From the NCBI GenBank assembly GCA_030758355.1, contig JANREL010000158.1:1-53965 (forward strand): a DNA stretch of 53,965 bases. The letters are read 5' to 3'. The position numbers were made by a program, and so were the translations under genes. This DNA is from Polaribacter sp. (GTDB lineage Bacteria; Bacteroidota; Bacteroidia; Flavobacteriales; Flavobacteriaceae). Position 1 is the first letter of the stretch; each line of letters opens with the position of its first letter. Positions 50,415 through 53,965 of the stretch are shown here, piece after piece. Below the pieces are notes generated by a model. It made no database searches. It saw nothing but the letters and a program-made list of their open reading frames with translations, and had not been told where the DNA came from.

Positions 50415-50451
50415 ATTTCCTATTTATTTTAAAAAATTTATAAGATAAAAC

Positions 50452-50742
50452 ATGTCCACATCAAATGAATTTTATCAAAAACAAACAGCCCGATTTATAA
50501 AAAAATGGTCTAAGAGAAGACTCAATAAAGTTCGTTTTAGCCTGCTTGAAAGCTTTTATTATTCATTTTTTTTTTCATTATTTATTAGTTTTTTTCTTCA
50601 AGAATCAAAAAAAATATTTTCAATATCGACACTTTCTGTATTTATAATTTCATTTACGTTGTATTTTTTATTTTCTTATTTTTTACTTTTTTCTATTTAT
50701 GAAAACAGATATCAACGCGTACAAAAAGAAAACAACCATTGA
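50452..50742 (+). CDS. Hypothetical two-TM membrane protein
   Basis: ATG in A-rich context, two Phe-rich hydrophobic segments, overlaps the next start. Confidence 0.65.
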   Translation: MSTSNEFYQKQTARFIKKWSKRRLNKVRFSLLESFYYSFFFSLFISFFLQESKKIFSISTLSVFIISFTLYFLFSYFLLFSIYENRYQRVQKENNH

Positions 50743-51341
50743 TTGTAAATAAAAAAGTTTTCTTAAAAGAAATATCAAAAGCACTTTTGAAATTAGTTTT
50801 AGCGGGAGTTATTATTGGCATTTTTAAAAAATACGATGCTATTTTAGCAATTTTATTACTTTTAAAAGTACTACAAAACTGTTATAAAGAAATTATAAAA
50901 CCACAAACCAATAAAAACTGGATTTTATTAATTGGCATGTTTTTAACAGGTTTTGCAGGAATTGTCGGTGAAACTTGGGGAGTTAAAAATGGTTTTTGGA
51001 AATATCACGAAGTTTCGCGTGAATTACCTTTATGGTTGCCTTTCGCATGGATGCTGGCTTTTCACTATTTATACAAATTAGAAAGAAATTTAATTCCGCT
51101 TTTAACCAATCAAATACAAAAAAATAAAATTATTTTAGTACTCATCTTGGCTTTTATTTTACCAGCACTGGGAGAAGTGATTACAATTCAATTAGGCGTT
51201 TGGTCGTATTATTGGCCTTACCAAATATTGGGGGTTCCATTATATGCTTTTATTTGCTTGGTTTTTGTACATATGTTGGTCCATACAATTTTACACTTTA
51301 TTTGCAAAAAATACCAATGGAAAGACACCGTTTTTTATTAA
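50739..51341 (+). CDS. Hypothetical polytopic membrane protein with an internally duplicated E-x5-G-x-W-x-Y...P motif
   Basis: GETWGVKNGFWKY...LPLWLP and GEVITIQLGVWSY...VPLY; TTG start. Confidence 0.75.
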   Translation: MIVNKKVFLKEISKALLKLVLAGVIIGIFKKYDAILAILLLLKVLQNCYKEIIKPQTNKNWILLIGMFLTGFAGIVGETWGVKNGFWKYHEVSRELPLWLPFAWMLAFHYLYKLERNLIPLLTNQIQKNKIILVLILAFILPALGEVITIQLGVWSYYWPYQILGVPLYAFICLVFVHMLVHTILHFICKKYQWKDTVFY

Positions 51342-52930
51342 ATTTCTAAAACAGTAAACTCAAGTTGCAAAGGTTTTAAGGATTCTTTCAACATTTCAAT
51401 AAAATCACTTCCATATTCTAAATAATATTCCGAAAAATTTCGTTGCCGTTCTTCTAAACTTTGATTAGGAAACAGTTCATTTTGAAGTATTATGATTCGT
51501 TGAACCAAATCTTCTTGCCTTCTTTTTTCTGCTTTTAAGAGACGCTTTTCTAGATTTTCTAAACCACTGATTTGTTTATGTTCTTGAGCATTTACAGCGT
51601 TTACAAAAGTAATATCTGTTTGTTTTGCAACTTCTTTTAATTCAAAAAATTGATTTTGTAAAAAAGCTTTCTTTTCGTCAAACTGAATGTTAATTTCTTT
51701 ATTTTCAATGACTTTTTTTGCAATCAACTCATGTTGATTTAAAAAGATTTCTTCTATTGAAATGGAAAGATTTTCCAATTTTTTAAATTGTTTAGGGGAA
51801 ATTACTTGCACAGAATTTCGAAGCAACAGGATAGGAAAAGGAACCGCAATTGTATCAAAATAATATTTCAATTGCAACCAATAAGCAATCTCTCCTCCCC
51901 CGCCGATATAACAAAGATTTGGCAAAACAACTTCCTGATACAAGGGTCGTAACAATACGTTTGGTGAAAATTTTTCTGGATGATGTTCTAACTCTAGTAA
52001 GATTTCATCTTTGGTAAATTCAATATCCGAATTTATAATTTTAAAAATACCATTTTCAAAAACAATGCGTTCTCTTGAATTTTTTTCTAGATAAAACAAA
52101 TTGATTTCTCTAGGATTTACCTGAATTTTATATGCTTTCTCTAATTCAGAAATCGTTTTTGAAACTTCTTTATATGAAGTTTGATGTAACAATTCGTCTT
52201 TCAAAAACGGGCTAAAAACCTGTTTTAAATCTCTAGAATCTCCATCAATAATAACCAAACCATGTTGACCAAATAATGAATTTGCAATAAATCGAGTTGC
52301 AGAAGCTAAATTTTTGTGCTTCAAATATGCATCAGAAAATAAATTTTTCAGATATAACGCATTTTTTGAATTTCCAAGATGTGCAGAAAACACTTCTAGA
52401 ACTTCCTGTAAACCATCTGTAGAAAATCGACCAACAGCACCTCCATCTTTTCTGTTCCACAAAACCTTTTTTCCTTTGAAATTGAAATAATTGATTTCAT
52501 CAAAATCATGATCTTCAGTTGCCATCCAATATATTGGCACAAAATTTTGATTCGGAAATTTCTCTGACAATTCTTCACATAAATTAATGGTAGAGAGTAT
52601 TTTATACAAAAAATACAATGGTCCGGTAAACAAATTTAATTGATGGCCAGTGGTAATTGTAAATGTATTTTGTGATTGTAAAAGTTCAATATTTTCAGCA
52701 GTTTTTTGAGAAACTTCAACCAAATTGTATTGATTTTTTAACTCATTGTAAAGAGTAATTCGTGTTTTTGAATCAAAAAATTTTTCTTTTTCAAAAATTT
52801 GATGTTGAAATCCATCCAAATCAGGAAAATGATGGTAAAATGATCTTAATTTTTCATTTTTCTCTAAATAATCAAGCATCAATTTAGAGAAAAATCCAGT
52901 TTTTTGAAAAGGAATGTGAGTTACTTTCAT
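51338..52930 (-). CDS. bshC: Bacillithiol biosynthesis cysteine-adding enzyme
   Basis: TTGHQLNLFTGPLY, YWMATEDHDFDEI, FSPNVLLRP, YIGGGGEIAYW, LEER. Start at 52930 (alternative 52945). Confidence 0.93.
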   Translation of the reverse strand: MKVTHIPFQKTGFFSKLMLDYLEKNEKLRSFYHHFPDLDGFQHQIFEKEKFFDSKTRITLYNELKNQYNLVEVSQKTAENIELLQSQNTFTITTGHQLNLFTGPLYFLYKILSTINLCEELSEKFPNQNFVPIYWMATEDHDFDEINYFNFKGKKVLWNRKDGGAVGRFSTDGLQEVLEVFSAHLGNSKNALYLKNLFSDAYLKHKNLASATRFIANSLFGQHGLVIIDGDSRDLKQVFSPFLKDELLHQTSYKEVSKTISELEKAYKIQVNPREINLFYLEKNSRERIVFENGIFKIINSDIEFTKDEILLELEHHPEKFSPNVLLRPLYQEVVLPNLCYIGGGGEIAYWLQLKYYFDTIAVPFPILLLRNSVQVISPKQFKKLENLSISIEEIFLNQHELIAKKVIENKEINIQFDEKKAFLQNQFFELKEVAKQTDITFVNAVNAQEHKQISGLENLEKRLLKAEKRRQEDLVQRIIILQNELFPNQSLEERQRNFSEYYLEYGSDFIEMLKESLKPLQLEFTVLEI

Positions 52931-52980
52931 ATCGTTATCACACATTTTTGATCACAATCAACCTCTATAGACAAACACAT
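52927..52980 (-). CDS. Candidate Cys-rich leader peptide MCLSIEVDCDQKCVITI
   Basis: 17-codon ORF with three TGT codons; TGA overlaps the bshC ATG (ATGA); -7-like TAATTTTA at 53000-53007 just upstream. Confidence 0.4.
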   Translation of the reverse strand: MCLSIEVDCDQKCVITI

Positions 52981-53129
52981 ACGCTCTTAATAATTTTGGT
53001 AAAATTACAATAATTTAAGCTTTGTTGGCTACTCAAAATCACTCTAACATATTTTTAACGAACAAAAACACATCACCATTATAAAATCCATTTATTTCAG
53101 TACTTTTGACAACTATCAAAACATTTTTC

Positions 53130-53965
53130 ATGAAAATTAAAACTTTATTTCTGCTTACATTTTTATTTATAAACCAAGTATTTTCTCAAAGTATTCAATC
53201 ACCATCTGAATTTTTAGGGTATGAAATTGGGAGCCGTTTTACAAGACATCACAAAGTTGCGGACTATTTTGAATACATTAGCAAGTCAATTCCGAATGTA
53301 AAACTAGAAAAATACGGCGAAACCAATGAACACAGACCTTTGTATATTGCATTTATTTCATCAGAAGAAAATATCAAAAATATCGAGGAAATAAGAAAAA
53401 AAAATCTTGCTCAAACAGGAATTTTAAAGGGAAGTACTGATAGTAAAGTTGCTATTGTTTGGTTGAGTTATAATGTTCATGGAAACGAAGCATCTAGCAC
53501 AGAAGCTTCAATGTTAACGCTTTATGAGTTAGTAACTTCTAAAAAAGATTGGTTAAAAAACACACTAGTGATTATTGATCCATGTATTAATCCTGATGGA
53601 AGAGATCGTTACGTAAATTGGTATAATCAAGTAAAAAGTTCCCCTTTTAACATTTCACAAGACGCAAAAGAACATTATGAACCTTGGCCCGGAGGAAGAC
53701 CAAATCATTATTTATTTGATTTGAACAGAGATTGGGCTTGGGCGACACAAGTGGAGACGCAACAAAGATTAAAGATTTATAACAAATGGATGCCTCATAT
53801 TCATGTTGATTTTCATGAACAATACATCAATAATCCTTATTATTTTGCACCAGCTGCAGCACCTTATCACGAAATAATTACAGATTGGCAGCGTAATTTT
53901 CAAACTGAAATTGGAAAAAATCATGCAAAATATTTTGATAAAGAAGGTTGGTTATATTTCACCAA
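53130..53965 (+). CDS. Secreted M14 family zinc carboxypeptidase, 3'-truncated by the window edge (not in ORF track)
   Basis: Own translation: MKIKTLFLL...SPSEFLGYEIG...YNVHGNEAS...NPDGRDR...NHYLFDLNRD...DFHE; -7 box TACTTTTG at 53101-53108. Confidence 0.9.
   Translation, partial: MKIKTLFLLTFLFINQVFSQSIQSPSEFLGYEIGSRFTRHHKVADYFEYISKSIPNVKLEKYGETNEHRPLYIAFISSEENIKNIEEIRKKNLAQTGILKGSTDSKVAIVWLSYNVHGNEASSTEASMLTLYELVTSKKDWLKNTLVIIDPCINPDGRDRYVNWYNQVKSSPFNISQDAKEHYEPWPGGRPNHYLFDLNRDWAWATQVETQQRLKIYNKWMPHIHVDFHEQYINNPYYFAPAAAPYHEIITDWQRNFQTEIGKNHAKYFDKEGWLYFT

Noticed and set aside
1-53965. CRISPR arrays, IS elements, prophage or defence genes
   Set aside because: No spaced direct repeats, transposase, integrase or phage-like ORFs seen; the helicases and ATPases sit in housekeeping context.

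Overview
AT-rich chromosomal backbone of a Flavobacteriaceae (Polaribacter/Tenacibaculum-like) genome, judged from a T9SS cargo protein, TAnnTTTG promoters and typical gene order. It holds about 53 CDSs, mostly housekeeping (iscS-like desulfurase, two ppk2, rsmD, moxR, three SurA/PPIase genes, recQ, fmt, HU, rimK, valS, murB, lipA, argS, lpdA, bshC), one elongator tRNA-Met and several intrinsic terminators. I see no mobile element, prophage or CRISPR array. Two genes are missing from the ORF track: a 52-aa YqaE/Pmp3 protein and a 3'-truncated M14 peptidase. The most interesting signals are small and intergenic. (1) A candidate ~80-nt sRNA downstream of lipA has a sigma54-spaced promoter motif and a terminator, and it carries a 15-nt perfect complement to the start-codon region of the cysteine desulfurase gene 42 kb away. 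(2) A 17-codon, three-Cys uORF has its stop overlapping the bshC start (ATGA), making it a candidate cysteine-sensing leader. (3) A GT2 with degenerate catalytic motifs overlaps an ECF sigma gene. (4) A small membrane protein has NqrM-like architecture. (5) A RimB-like protease/RimK/deacylase triad is present. All functional interpretations come from reading the sequence by eye and are untested.
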